A DNA stretch of 64,000 nucleotides. It comes from Rebecca billardiae RCC1528. Lineage: Eukaryota; Protista; Haptophyta. This document shows, in pieces, positions 12,001 to 24,000 of this stretch. Every line of letters starts with the position of its first letter. Positions within the stretch are counted from its first letter, which is position 1. Location: the NCBI GenBank assembly GCA_965240325.2, contig OZ251230.1, forward strand, positions 2,480,001 through 2,544,000, given 5' to 3'. A program made the position numbers and the translations under genes. The notes under the pieces were generated by a model. The model saw only the letters and a list, made by a program, of their open reading frames with translations. It made no database searches and had not been told where the DNA came from.

Positions 12001-15000
12001 TGGGCGGCGGGCTCGGCGGCGGCGAAGGTGGCGGCGATGGCGGCGGCGATGGCGGCGGGCTTGGAGGCGGGCTTGGCGGCGGGCTCGGCGGTGGGCTAGG
12101 CGGCGGGCTCGGTGGTGGGCTGGGCGGGGGCGGCGACGGCGGCGGTGACGGCGGTGGCGACGGCGGCGGGCTCGGGGGTGGGCTCGGCGGCGGCGATGGC
12201 GGAGGGCCGGGCGGTGGGCTGGGGGGAGGCGGCGCCGGCGGCGGGCTGGGCGGCGGGCTGGGCGGCGGGCTGGGTGGTGGCGATGGCGGAGGGCTGGGCG
12301 GCGGGCTCGGCGGTGGCGACGGTGGCAGCGAAGGGGGCGGGAATGGCGGCGGGCTCGGAGGTGGGCTCGGAGGCGGGCTCGGCGGCGGGCTCGGCGGCGG
12401 GCTCGGTGGAGGGCTCGGCGGTGGCTGAGATGGCGGTGGCGACGGTGGCGGGCTCGGAGGCGGCGATGGCGGCGGCGCCGGTGGCGGGGATGGCGGCGGG
12501 GACGGCGGCGGCATCGGCGGGGGGCTCGGCGGAGGCGATGGCGGCAGCGAAGGCGGTGGGCTCGGCGGCGGGCTCGGTGCCGGCGATGGTGGAGGGCTGG
12601 GCGGCGGGCTGGGTGGCGGCGGCGAGGGCGGCGGGCTTGGTGGCGGGCTGGGCGGTGGGCTGGGCGGTGGTGAAGGCGGAGGACTGGGCGGCGGGCTCGG
12701 CGGCGGCGAAGGTGGCGGCGATGGCGGCGGCAATGGCGGCGGGCTTGGAGGCGGGCTTGGCGGCGGGCTCGGCGGTGGGCTAGGCGGCGGGCTCGGTGGT
12801 GGGCTGGGCGGGGGCGGCGACGGCGGAGGTGACGGCGGCGGGCTCGGTGGCGGCGAGGGCGGCGGCGCCGGGGGCGGGCTGGGTGGCGGGCTTGGCGGAG
12901 GCAAAGGCGGTGGCGACGGCGGCGGGGACGGCGGTGGCGTTGGTGGCGGCGACGGAGGCGGCGACGGCGGTGGACTGGGTGGGGGATTCGGCGGTGGGCT
13001 GGGCGAAGGCGGTGACGGAGGCAGGCTTGGCGGTGGGCTCGGCGGCGGACTGGGCGGTGGCGACGGCGGAGGGCTTGGAGGCGGGCTGGGCGGGGGCGAA
13101 GGTGGAGGCGACGGTGGCGGCGAGGGCGGCGGGCTGGGCGGCGGGCTGGGCGGTGGCGATGGCGGAGGGCTGGGTGGTGGGCTCGGCGGTGGCGACGGTG
13201 GCGGCGAAGGTGGCGGCGATGGCGGCGGGCTCGGAGGTGGGCTCGGAGGCGGGCTCGGCGGCGGGCTCGGCGGCGGGCTCGGTGGAGGGCTCGGCGGTGG
13301 CGGAGATGGCGGTGGCGACGGTGGCGGGCTCGGAGGCGGCGATGGCGGCGGCGCCGGTGGCGGGCATGGCGGCGGGGACGGCGGCGGCGAAGGCGGTGGT
13401 GAGGGTGGCGGCAACGGCGGCGGTGACGGCGGCGGGCTCGGGGGCGGGGAGGGCGGCGGCGATGGCGGAGGGCTGGGCGGAGGGCTGGGTGGCGGAGGCG
13501 AAGGCGGCGGGCTGGGCGGCGGGCTTGGCGGCGGGCTGGGCGGTGGCGACGGCGGCGGGCTCGGCGGCGGGCTCGGCGGCGGCGACGGCGGCGGCGACGG
13601 CGGCGGCGACGGCGGCGGGCTCGGCGGTGGCGAAGGCGGCGGGCTCGGTGGTGGGCTGGGCGGTGGGCTAGGCGGTGGGCTCGGCGGAGGCGGGGACGGC
13701 GGCGGTGAAGGCGGTCGTGACGGCGGCGGCGAAGGCGGCGGCGCCGGAGGCGGGCTGGGCGGCGGGCTGGGTGGCGGCGACGGCGGCGGGGACGGCGGGG
13801 AAAATGGCGGCGGCGAGGGCGGCGGGCTCGGCGGCGGGCTCGGCGGAGGCGACGGAGGCGGAGACGGCGGCGAGCTAGGGGGCGGGCTTGGTGGCGGCGA
13901 GGGCGGGGGGCTCGGCGGTGGGCTGGGCGGGGGCGGCGATGGAGGTGAACTAGGAGGCGGGCTTGGCGGCGGGCTTGGCGGTGGCGACGGCGGTGGGCTT
14001 GGTGGCGGACTTGGCGGTGGAGACGGGGGCGGCGAAGGCGGCGGCGATGGCGGCGGGCTCGGTGGCGGGGAGGGCGGCGGCGCCGGCGGAGGGCTGGGCG
14101 GCGGGCTCGGTGGCGGACTCGGCGGCGGCGACGGTGGCGGGCTCGGCGGCGGGCTCGGCGGCGGAGAGGGCGGCGGGCTCGGCGGTGGGCTCGGCGGTGG
14201 GCTCGGCGGCGGGCTGGGCGGCGGCGGAGATGGCGGCGGCGACGGTGGTGGGCTCGGTGGCGGCGATGGCGGCGGCGCAGGTGGTGGGCCGGGTGGCGGC
14301 GACGGCGGTGGACTCGGCGGTGGGGACGGCGGCGGCCCTGGCGGCGGTGATGGCGGCGGTGATGGCGGCGGGCTCGGCGGAGGCGATGGTGGCGGGCTCG
14401 GTGGCGGGCTCGGTGGTGGGCTTGGCGGCGGCGAGGGCGGGGGGCTGGGCGGGGGGCTGGGTGGTGGCGGCGACGGCGGCGGGCTAGGAGGCGGGCTCGG
14501 CGGCGGGCTTGGTGGAGGCGAAGGCGGCGGGCTGGGCGGCGGACTCGGCGGCGGGGACGGCGGCGGGGACGGTGGTGGCGACGGCGGCGGGCTTGGTGGC
14601 GGAGAAGGAGGCGGGCTCGGCGGCGGGCTCGGCGGCGGGCTCGGCGGCGGGCTGGGCGGAGGTGGTGACGGCGGCGGCGAAGGTGGTGGCGACGGCGGCG
14701 GCGAAGGCGGTGGCGATGGAGGCGGACTGGGCGGCGGGCTCGGGGGCGGTGAGGGCGGAGGCGACGGCGGCGGGGACGGCGGTGGGGATGGCGGCGGACT
14801 GGGCGATGGGCTCGGTGGCGGCGAGGGCGGGGGGCTGGGCGGGGGGCTTGGTGGTGGCGGCGAGGGCGGCGGGCTGGGCGGCGGGCTGGGCGGCGGGCTC
14901 GGTGGGGGCGAAGGCGGCGGACTGGGCGGCGGGCTCGGTGGCGGACTCGGCGGCGGCGACGGTGGCGGGCTCGGCGGCGGGCTCGGCGGCGGAGAGGGTG

Positions 15001-18000
15001 GCGGGCTCGGCGGTAGGCTCGGCGGTGGGCTCGGCGGCGGGCTGGGCGGCGGCGGAGATGGCGGCGGCGACGGTGGTGGGCTCGGTGGCGGCGATGGCGG
15101 CGGCGCAGGTGGTGGGCCGGGTGGCGGCGACGGCGGTGGACTTGGCGGTGGTGACGGCGGCGGCCCGCCTGGCGGCGGTGATGGCGGCGGTGACGGCGGC
15201 GGGCTCGGCGGAGGCGATGGTGGCGGGCTCGGTGGCGGGCTCGGTGGTGGCCTTGGCGGCGGCGAGGGCGGGGGGCTGGGCGGGGGGCTGGGTGGTGGCG
15301 GCGACGGCGGCGGGCTGGGCGGCGGGCTTGGCGGCGGGCTTGGTGGAGGCGAAGGCGGCAAGCTGGGCGGCGGACTCGGCGGCGGGGACGGCGGCGGGGA
15401 CGGTGGTGGCGACGGCGGCGGGCTCGGTGGCGGAGAAGGAGGCGGGCTCGGCGGCGGGCTCGGCGGCGGGCTCGGCGGCGGGCTGGGCGGAGGTGGTGAC
15501 GGCGGCGGCGACGGTGGTGGCGACGGCGGCGGCGAAGGCGGCGGCGATGGAGGCGGGCTGGGCGGCGGGCTCGGGGGCGGTGAGGGCGGAGGCGACGGCG
15601 GCGGGGACGGCGGTGGAGATGGCGGCGGGCTGGGCGGTGGGCTCGGTGGCGGTGAGGGCGGAGGGCTGGGCGGTGGGCTGGGTGGCCGCGGCGAGGGCGG
15701 CGGGCTTGGCGGCGGGCTCGGCGGTGGGCTCGGTGGGGGCGAAGGCGGCTGACTGGGCGGCGGGCTCGGTGGCGGACTCGGCGGCGGAGACGGTGGCGGG
15801 CTCGGCGGCGGGCTCGGCGGCGGAGAGGGCGGCGGGCTCGGCGGTGGGCTCGGCGGTGGGCTCGGCGGCGGGCTGGGCGGCGGCGGAGATGGCGGCGGCG
15901 ACGGTGGTGGGCTCGGTGGCGGCGATGGTGGCGGCGAGGGCGGTGGGCTGGGTGGCGGCGACGGCGGTGGACTCGGCGGTGGTGACGGCGGCGGCCCTGG
16001 CGGCGGTGATGGCAGCGGTGATGGCGGCGGGCTCGGCGGAGGCGATGGTGGCGGGCTCGGTGGCGGGCTCGGTGGTGGCTTTGGCGGCGGCGAGGGCGGG
16101 GGGCTGGGCGGGGGGCTGGGTGGTGGCGGCGACGGCGGCGGGCTGGGCGGCGGGCTTGGCGGCGGGCTTGGTGGAGGCGAAGGCGGCAAGCTGGGCGGCG
16201 GACTCGGCGGCGGGGACGGCGGCGGGGACGGTGGTGGCGACGGCGGCGGGCTTGGTGGCGGAGAAGGAGGCGGGCTCGGCGGCGGGCTCGGCGGCGGGCT
16301 CGGCGGCGGGCTGGGCGGAGGTGGTGTCGGCGGCGGCGAAGGTGGTGGCGACGGCGGCGGCGAAGGCGGTGGCGATGGAGGCGGACTGGGCGGCGGGCTC
16401 GGGGGCGGTGAGGGCGGAGGCGACGGCGGCGGGGACGGCGGTGGGGATGGCGGCGGACTGGGCGGTGGGCTCGGTGGCGGTGAGGGCGGAGGGCTGGGCG
16501 GTGGGCTGGGTGGAGGCGGCGAGGGCGGCGGGCTTGGCGGTGGGCTCGGCGGTGGGCTCGGTGGGGGCGAAGGCGGCGGACTGGGCGGCGGGCTCGGTGG
16601 CGGACTCGGCGGCGGAGACGGTGGCGGGCTCGGCGGCGGGCTCGGCGGCGGAGAGGGCGGCGGGCTCGGCGGTGGGCTCGGCGGTGGGCTCGGCGGCGGG
16701 CTGGGCGGCGGCGGAGATGGCGGCGGCGACGGTGGTGGGCTCGGTGGCGGCGATGGTGGCGGCGAGGGCGGTGGGCTGGGTGGCGGCGACGGCGGTGGAC
16801 TCGGCGGTGGTGACGGCGGCGGCCCTGGCGGCGGCCCTGGCGGCGGTGATGGCGGCGGGCTCGGCGGAGGCGATGGTGGCGGGCTCGGTGGCGGGCTCGG
16901 TGGTGGCTTTGGCGGCGGCGAGGGCGGGGGGCTGGGCGGGGGGCTGGGTGGTGGCGGCGACGGTGGCGGGCTAGGAGGCGGGCTGGGCGGCGGGCTTGGT
17001 GGAGGCGAAGGCGGCGGGCTGGGCGGCGGACTCGGCGGCGGGGACGGCGGCGGGGACGGTGGTGGCGACGGCGGCGGGCTTGGTGGCGGAGAAGGAGGCG
17101 GGCTCGGCGGCGGGCTCGGCGGCGGGCTCGGCGGCGGGCTCGGCGGCGGGCTGGGCGGAGGTGGTGACGGCGGCGGCGAAGGTGGTGGCGACGGCGGCGG
17201 CGAAGGCGGTGGCGATGGAGGCGGACTGGGCGGCGGGCTCGGGGGCGGTGAGGGCGGAGGCGACGGCGGCGGGGACGGCGGTGGGGATGGCGGCGGACTG
17301 GGCGGTGGGCTCGGTGGCGGTGAGGGCGGAGGGCTGGGCGGTGGGCTGGGTGGAGGCGGCGAGGGCGGCGGGCTTGGCGGTGGGCTCGGCGGTGGGCTCG
17401 GTGGGGGCGAAGGCGGCGGACTGGGCGGCGGGCTCGGTGGCGGACTCGGCGGCGGAGACGGTGGCGGGCTCGGCGGCGGGCTCGGCGGCGGAGAAGGCGG
17501 TGGGCTCGGCGGTAGGCTCGGCGGTGGGCTCGGCGGCGGGCTGGGCGGCGGCGGAGATGGCGGCGGCGACGGTGGTGGGCTCGGTGGCGGCGATGGTGGC
17601 GGCGAGGGCGGTGGGCTGGGTGGCGGCGACGGCGGTGGACTCGGCGGTGGGGACGGCGGCGGCCCTGGCGGCGGTGATGGCGGCGGTGATGGCGGCGGGC
17701 TCGGCGGAGGCGATGGTGGCGGGCTCGGTGGCGGGCTCGGTGGTGGCCTTGGCGGCGGCGAGGGCGGGGGGCTGGGCGGGGGGCTGGGTGGTGGCGGCGA
17801 CGGCGGCGGGCTAGGAGGCGGGCTGGGCGGCGGGCTTGGTGGAGGCGAAGGCGGCGGGCTGGGCGGCGGACTCGGCGGCGGGGACGGCGGCGGGGACGGT
17901 GGTGGCGACGGTGGCGGGCTTGGTGGCGGAGAAGGAGGCGGGCTCGGCGGCGGGCTCGGCGGCGGGCTCGGCGGCGGGCTGGGCGGAGGTGGTGACGGCG

Positions 18001-21000
18001 GCGGCGAAGGTGGTGGCGACGGCGGCGGCGAAGGCGGTGGCGATGGAGGCGGACTGGGCGGCGGGCTCGGGGGCGGTGAGGGCGGAGGCGACGGCGGCGG
18101 GGACGGCGGTGGGGATGGCGGCGGACTGGGCGGTGGGCTCGGTGGCGGTGAGGGCGGAGGGCTGGGCGGTGGGCTGGGTGGAGGCGGCGAGGGCGGCGGG
18201 CTTGGCGGCGGGCTCGGCGGTGGGCTCGGTGGGGGCGAAGGCGGCGGACTGGGCGGCGGGCTCGGTGGCGGACTCGGCGGCGGCGACGGTGGCGGGCTCG
18301 GCGGCGGGCTCGGCGGCGGAGAAGGCGGCGGGCTCGGCGGTAGGCTCGGCGATGGGCTCGGCGGCGGGCTGGGCGGCGGCGGAGATGGCGGCGGCGACGG
18401 TGGTGGGCTCGGTGGCGGCGATGGTGGCGGCGAGGGCGGTGGGCTGGGTGGCGGCGACGGCGGTGGACTCGGCGGTGGGGACGGCGGCGGCCCTGGCGGC
18501 AGCCCTGGCGGCGGTGATGGCGGCGGGCTCGGCGGAGGCGATGGTGGCGGGCTCGGTGGCGGGCTCGGTGGTGGCTTTGGCGGCGGCGAGGGCGGGGGGC
18601 TGGGCGGGGGGCTGGGTGGTGGCGGCGACGGCGGCGGGCTAGGCGGCGGGCTGGGCGGCGGGCTTGGTGGAGGCGAAGGCGGCGGGCTGGGCGGCGGACT
18701 CGGCGGCGGGGACGGCGGCGGGGACGGTGGTGGCGACGGCGGCGGGCTTGGTGGCGGAGAAGGAGGCGGGCTCGGCGGCGGGCTCGGCGGCGGGCTCGGC
18801 GGCGGGCTGGGCGGAGGTGGTGACGGCGGCGGCGAAGGTGGTGGCGACGGCGGCGGCGAAGGCGGTGGCGATGGAGGCGGGCTGGGCGGCGGGCTCGGGG
18901 GCGGTGAGGGCGGAGGCGACGGCGGCGGGGACGGCGGTGGGGATGGCGGCGGACTGGGCGGTGGGCTCGGTGGCGGTGAGGGCGGAGGGCTGGGCGGTGG
19001 GCTGGGTGGAGGCGGCGAGGGCGGCGGGCTTGGCGGCGGGCTCGGCGGTGGGCTCGGTGGGGGCGAAGGCGGCGGACTGGGCGGCGGGCTCGGTGGCGGA
19101 CTCGGCGGCGGCGACGGTGGCGGGCTCGGCGGCGGGCTCGGCGGCGGAGAGGGCGGCGGGCTCGGCGGTGGGCTCGGCGGTGGGCTCGGCGGTGGGCTCG
19201 GCGGCGGGCTGGGCGGCGGCGGAGATGGCGGCGGCGACGGTGGTGGGCTCGGTGGCGGCGATGGTGGCGGCGAGGGCGGTGGGCTGGGTGGCGGCGACGG
19301 CGGTGGACTCGGCGGTGGGGACGGCGGCGGCCCTGGCGGCGGTGATGGCGGCGGTGATGGCGGCGGGCTCGGCGGAGGCGATGGTGGCGGGCTCGGTGGC
19401 GGGCTCGGTGGTGGCTTTGGCGGCGGCGAGGGTGGGGGGCTGGGCGGGGGGCTGGGTGGTGGCGGCGAGGGCGGCGGGCTGGGCGGCGGGCTGGGCGGCG
19501 GGCTGGGCGGTGGCGACGGCGGCGGGCTCGGCGGCGGGCTCGGCGGCGGCGACGGCGGCGGGGTCGGCGGCGGCGACGGCGGCGGGCTCGGCGGTGGCGA
19601 AGGCGGCGGGCGCGGTGGTGGGCTGGGCGGTGGGCTCGGGGGTGGGCTCGGCGGCGGCGGGGACGGCGGCGGTGAAGGCGGTGGTGAAGGCGGTGGCGAA
19701 GGCGGCGGCGATGGAGGCGGGCTGGGCGGCGGGCTCGGGGGCGGTGAGGGCGGAGGCGACGGCGGCGGGGACGGCGGTGGGGATGGCGGCGGTCTGGGCG
19801 GTGGGCTCGGTGGCGGTGAGGGCGGAGGGCTGGGTGGTGGGCTGGGTGGCGGCGGCGAAGGCGGCGGGCTTGGCGGCGGGCTCGGCGGCGGGCTTGGCGG
19901 GGGCGAAGGCGGCGGACTGGGCGGCGGGCTCGGCGGCGGGCTCGGCGGTGGGCTCGGCGGCGGGCTCGGCGGCGGGCTCGGCGGCGGGCTGGGCGGAGGT
20001 GGAGACGGCGGCGGCGACGGTGGTGGTGACGGCGGTGGCGAAGGCGGCGGCGCTGGAGGCGGGCTGGGCGGCGGGCTGGGTGGCGGCGACGGCGGAGGCG
20101 ACGGCGGCGGGGACGGCGGCGGGGACGGCGGCGGGCTCGGTGGCGGGCTTGGCGGCGGCGAAGGCGGCGGGCTGGGCGGTGGGCTGGGTGGCGGTGGCGA
20201 CGGCGGCGGGCTGGGCGGCGGGCTTGGCGGCGGGCTCGGCGGTGGGCTCGGAGGCGGGCTCGGTGGCGGGCTCGGTGGTGGCGACGGTGGTGGCGACGGC
20301 GGCGGGCTTGGCGGTGGCGACGGCGGTGGGCTAGGCGGCGGCGAGGGTGGCGGGCTGGGCGGCGGCGATGGTGGTGGACTCGGCGGTGGAGGTGACGGTG
20401 GCGGGCTTGGAGGTGGGGAGGGCGGTGGACTTGGCGGCGGGCTGGGTGGAGGACTAGGCGGAGGTGATGGCGGCGGGCTCGGAGGTGGGCTCGGCGGAGG
20501 GCTGGGTGGCGGTGACGGTGGTGGCGACGGTGGTGGAGGTGACGGCGGCGGGCTGGGTGGCGGGCTTGGCGGCGGGCTCGGCGGTGGGCTCGGCGGCGGG
20601 CTCGGCGGCGGCGAAGGCGGAGGGCTCGGAGGCGGAGAAGGGGGCGGGCTCGGCGGGGGCGACGGCGGCGGGCTCGGAGGCGGGCTCGGTGGAGGGCTAG
20701 GCGGTGGCGATGGTGGTAGACTCGGCGGTGGAGGTGACGGTGGCGGACTTGGAGGTGGGGAGGGCGGTGGACTTGGCGGCGGGCTGGGTGGAGGACTAGG
20801 CGGAGGTGATGGCGGCGGGCTCGGAGGCGGGCTCGGCGGAGGGCTGGGTGGTGCTGACGGTGGTGGCGACGGCGGTGGAGGTGACGGCGGCGGGCTTGGC
20901 GGCGGGCTTGGCGGCGGGCTCGCCGGTGGGCTCGGAGGCGGGCTCGGTGGCGGGCTCGGTGGTGGCGACGGTGGTGGCGACGGCGGCGGGCTTGGCGGTG

Positions 21001-24000
21001 GCGACGGCGGTGGGCTAGGCGGCGGCGAGGGTGGCGGGCTGGGCGGCGGAGATGGTGGTGGACTCGGCGGTGGAGGTGACGGTGGCGGGCTTGGAGGTGG
21101 GGAGGGCGGTGGACTTGGCGGCGGGCTGGGTGGAGGACTAGGCGGAGGTGATGGCGGCGGGCTCGGAGGCGGGCTCGGCGGAGGGCTGGGTGGCGGTGCC
21201 GGTGGTGGCGACGGCGGTGGAGGTGACGGCGGCGGGCTGGGTGGCGGGCTTGGCGGCGGGCTCGGCGGTGGGCTCGGCGGCGGGCTCGGCGGCGGCGAAG
21301 GCGGAGGGCTCGGAGGCGGAGAAGGGGGCGGGCTCGGCGGGGGCGATGGCGGCGGGCTCGGAGGCGGGCTTGGCGGAGGGCTGGGCGGCGGCGATGGTGG
21401 CGGCGACGGCGGTGGAGGTGACGGCGGTGGGCTTGGCGGAGGCGATGGCGGCGGGCTCGGCGGCGGAGAAGGGGGCGGGCTCGGCGGGGGCGATGGCGGC
21501 GGGCTCGGAGGCGGGCTAGGCGGAGGGCTGGGCGGCGGTGATGGTGGCGGCGACGGCGGTGGTGGTGACGGCGGTGGGCTCGGCGGTGGCGATGGTGGCG
21601 GGCTCGGCGGCGGGCTTGGCGGCGGGCTCGGCGGCGGCGAAGGCGGAGGGCTGGGAGGCGGAGAAGGGGGCGGGCTCGGCGGGGGCGATGGCGGCGGGCT
21701 CGGAGGCGGGCTTGGCGGAGGGCTGGGCGGCGGCGATGGTGGCGGCGACGGCGGTGGTGGTGACGGCGGTGGGCTCGGCGGTGGCGATGGTGGCGGGCTC
21801 GGCGGCGGGCTCGGCGGCGGGCTTGGCGGGGGCGAGGGCGGAGGGCTCGGAGGCGGGCTCGGCGGAGGGCTGGGTGGTGGTGACGGTGGTGGCGACGGCG
21901 GTGGAGGTGACGGCGGCGGGCTGGGCGGCGGGCTTGGCGGCGGGCTCGGCGGTGGGCTCGGAGGCGGGCTCGGTGGCGGGCGCGGTGGTGGCGACGGTGG
22001 TGGCGACGGCGGCGGGCTTGGCGGTGGCGATGGCGGTGGGCTAGGCGGCAGCGAGGGTGGCGGGCTGGGCGGCGGCGATGGTGGTGGACTCGGCGGTGGA
22101 GGTGACGGTGGCGGGCTTGGCGGTGGGGGAGGGCGGTGGACTTGGCGGCGGGCTGGGTGGAGGACTAGGCGGGGGTGATGGCGGCGGGCTCGGAGGCGGG
22201 CTGGGTGGTGGGCTCGGCGGCGGCGACGGTGGCGGCGACGGTGGCGGAGGTGATGGCGGCGGGCTCGGCGGTGGCGATGGGGGCGGGCTCGGCGGCGGGC
22301 TCGGCGGCGGGCTCGGCGGCGGCGAAGGCGGAGGGCTCGGAGGCGGAGAAGGGGGCGGGCTCGGCGGGGGCGACGGCGGCGGGCTCGGAGGCGGGCTTGG
22401 CGGAGGGCTGGGCGGCGGCGATGGTGGCGGCGACGGCGGTGGAGGTGACGGCGATGGGCTCGGCGGTGGCGATGGCGGCGGGCTTGGCGGCGGGCTCGGC
22501 GGCGGGCTCGGCGGCGGCGACGGCGGAGGGCTCGGTGGTGGGCTGGGAGGAGGGCTCGGCGGCGGCGAGGGCGGAGGGCTCGGCGGTGGGCTGGGTGGCG
22601 GGCTAGGTGGCGGTGACGGCGGTGGCGACGGCGGTGGAGGTGACGGCGGCGGGCTCGGCGGTGGCGATGGTGGCGGGCTGGGCGGCGGCGAGGGTGGCGG
22701 GCTGGGCGGCGGCGATGGTGGTGGACTCGGCGGTGGAGGTGACGGTGGCGGGCTTGGAGGTGGTGAGGGCGGAGGGCTCGGCGGCGGGCATGGCGGCGGC
22801 GAAGGCGGCGGCCTCGGGGGCGGCGAGGGCGGCGGGCTCGGCGGCGGCGAGGGCGGCGGGCTTGGTGGCGGGTTTGGTGGTGGGCTGGGAGGCGGCGACG
22901 GCGGCGGGACCGGTGGCGGTGGTGACGGCGGCGGTGACGGCGGCGGTGACGGCGGCGGTGACGGCGGCGGTGATGGCGGCGGGCTCGGCGGCGGCGACGG
23001 CGGTGGACTCGGAGGCGGGCTTGGCGGCGGCGGGCTCGGTGGTGGCGACGGTGGTGGGCTGGGCGGTGGAGACGGCGGTGGCGATGGTGGCGGAGGTGAC
23101 GGCGGCGGTGACGGTGGCGGCGACGGCGGCGGCGGGCTCGGAGGCGGGCTCGGTGGTGGGCTGGGCGGTGGAGACGGCGGTGGCGATGGTGGCGGAGGTG
23201 ACGGCGGCGGTGACGGCGGCGGAGACGGCGGTGGCGACGGCGGCGGGCTCGGGGGCGGGCTCGGAGGCGGTGACGGTGGTGGACTCGGCGGCGGGCTGGG
23301 AGGTGAGTTGGGCGGTGGCGACGGGGGTGGGCTCGGCGGTGCGCTTGGCGGCGGCGGGCTGGGCGGTGGAGACGGTGGTGGAGACGGCGGCGGCGAGGGT
23401 GGTGGGCTCGGGGGCGGCGAAGGCGGCGGCGAGGGCGGTGGCGAGGGTGGCGGCGAAGGCGGAGGTGACGGCGGCGGGCTCGGGGGCGGTGATGGCGGTG
23501 GCGATGGCGGCGGAGGGCTTGGCGGTGGCGACGGCGGCGGGCCGGGCGGCGGTGACGGCGGCGGCGATGGCGGCGGGCTGGGAGGTGGCGAAGGCGGCGG
23601 CGATGGTGGAGGGCTCGGCGGCGGCGACGGCGGCGGTGAAGGTGGTGGGCTCGGGGGCGGAGACGGCGGCGGCGACGGTGGCGGTGGGCTCGGTGGCGGC
23701 GAGGGCGGCGGGCTTGGGGGCGGCGGCGGCGGCAGCTCGATCGAAGGCAGGTTGTCTCCCATGTCTGACGCTGACGTGCCGCGCGCCACCGAGTCCCCGG
23801 TGCCAAGCTTGCCGGCCGTCCCAGCTCCCCAGCTGTGTCAGGCGAGGGCGGCGCGCCCAGCGTGGCGCGGCGCGTGGGGAGGCGCATGGTCCGCTCGGTG
23901 TCTGCACTCGGGCGGCGCGGCGGCGGGCGGCCGTGGCGCGTGCGCCCGAGGAGCGTGTGCGCGCGTGCGCGCGCACCACTTAAGGCCCTCCGTGTCCAGC

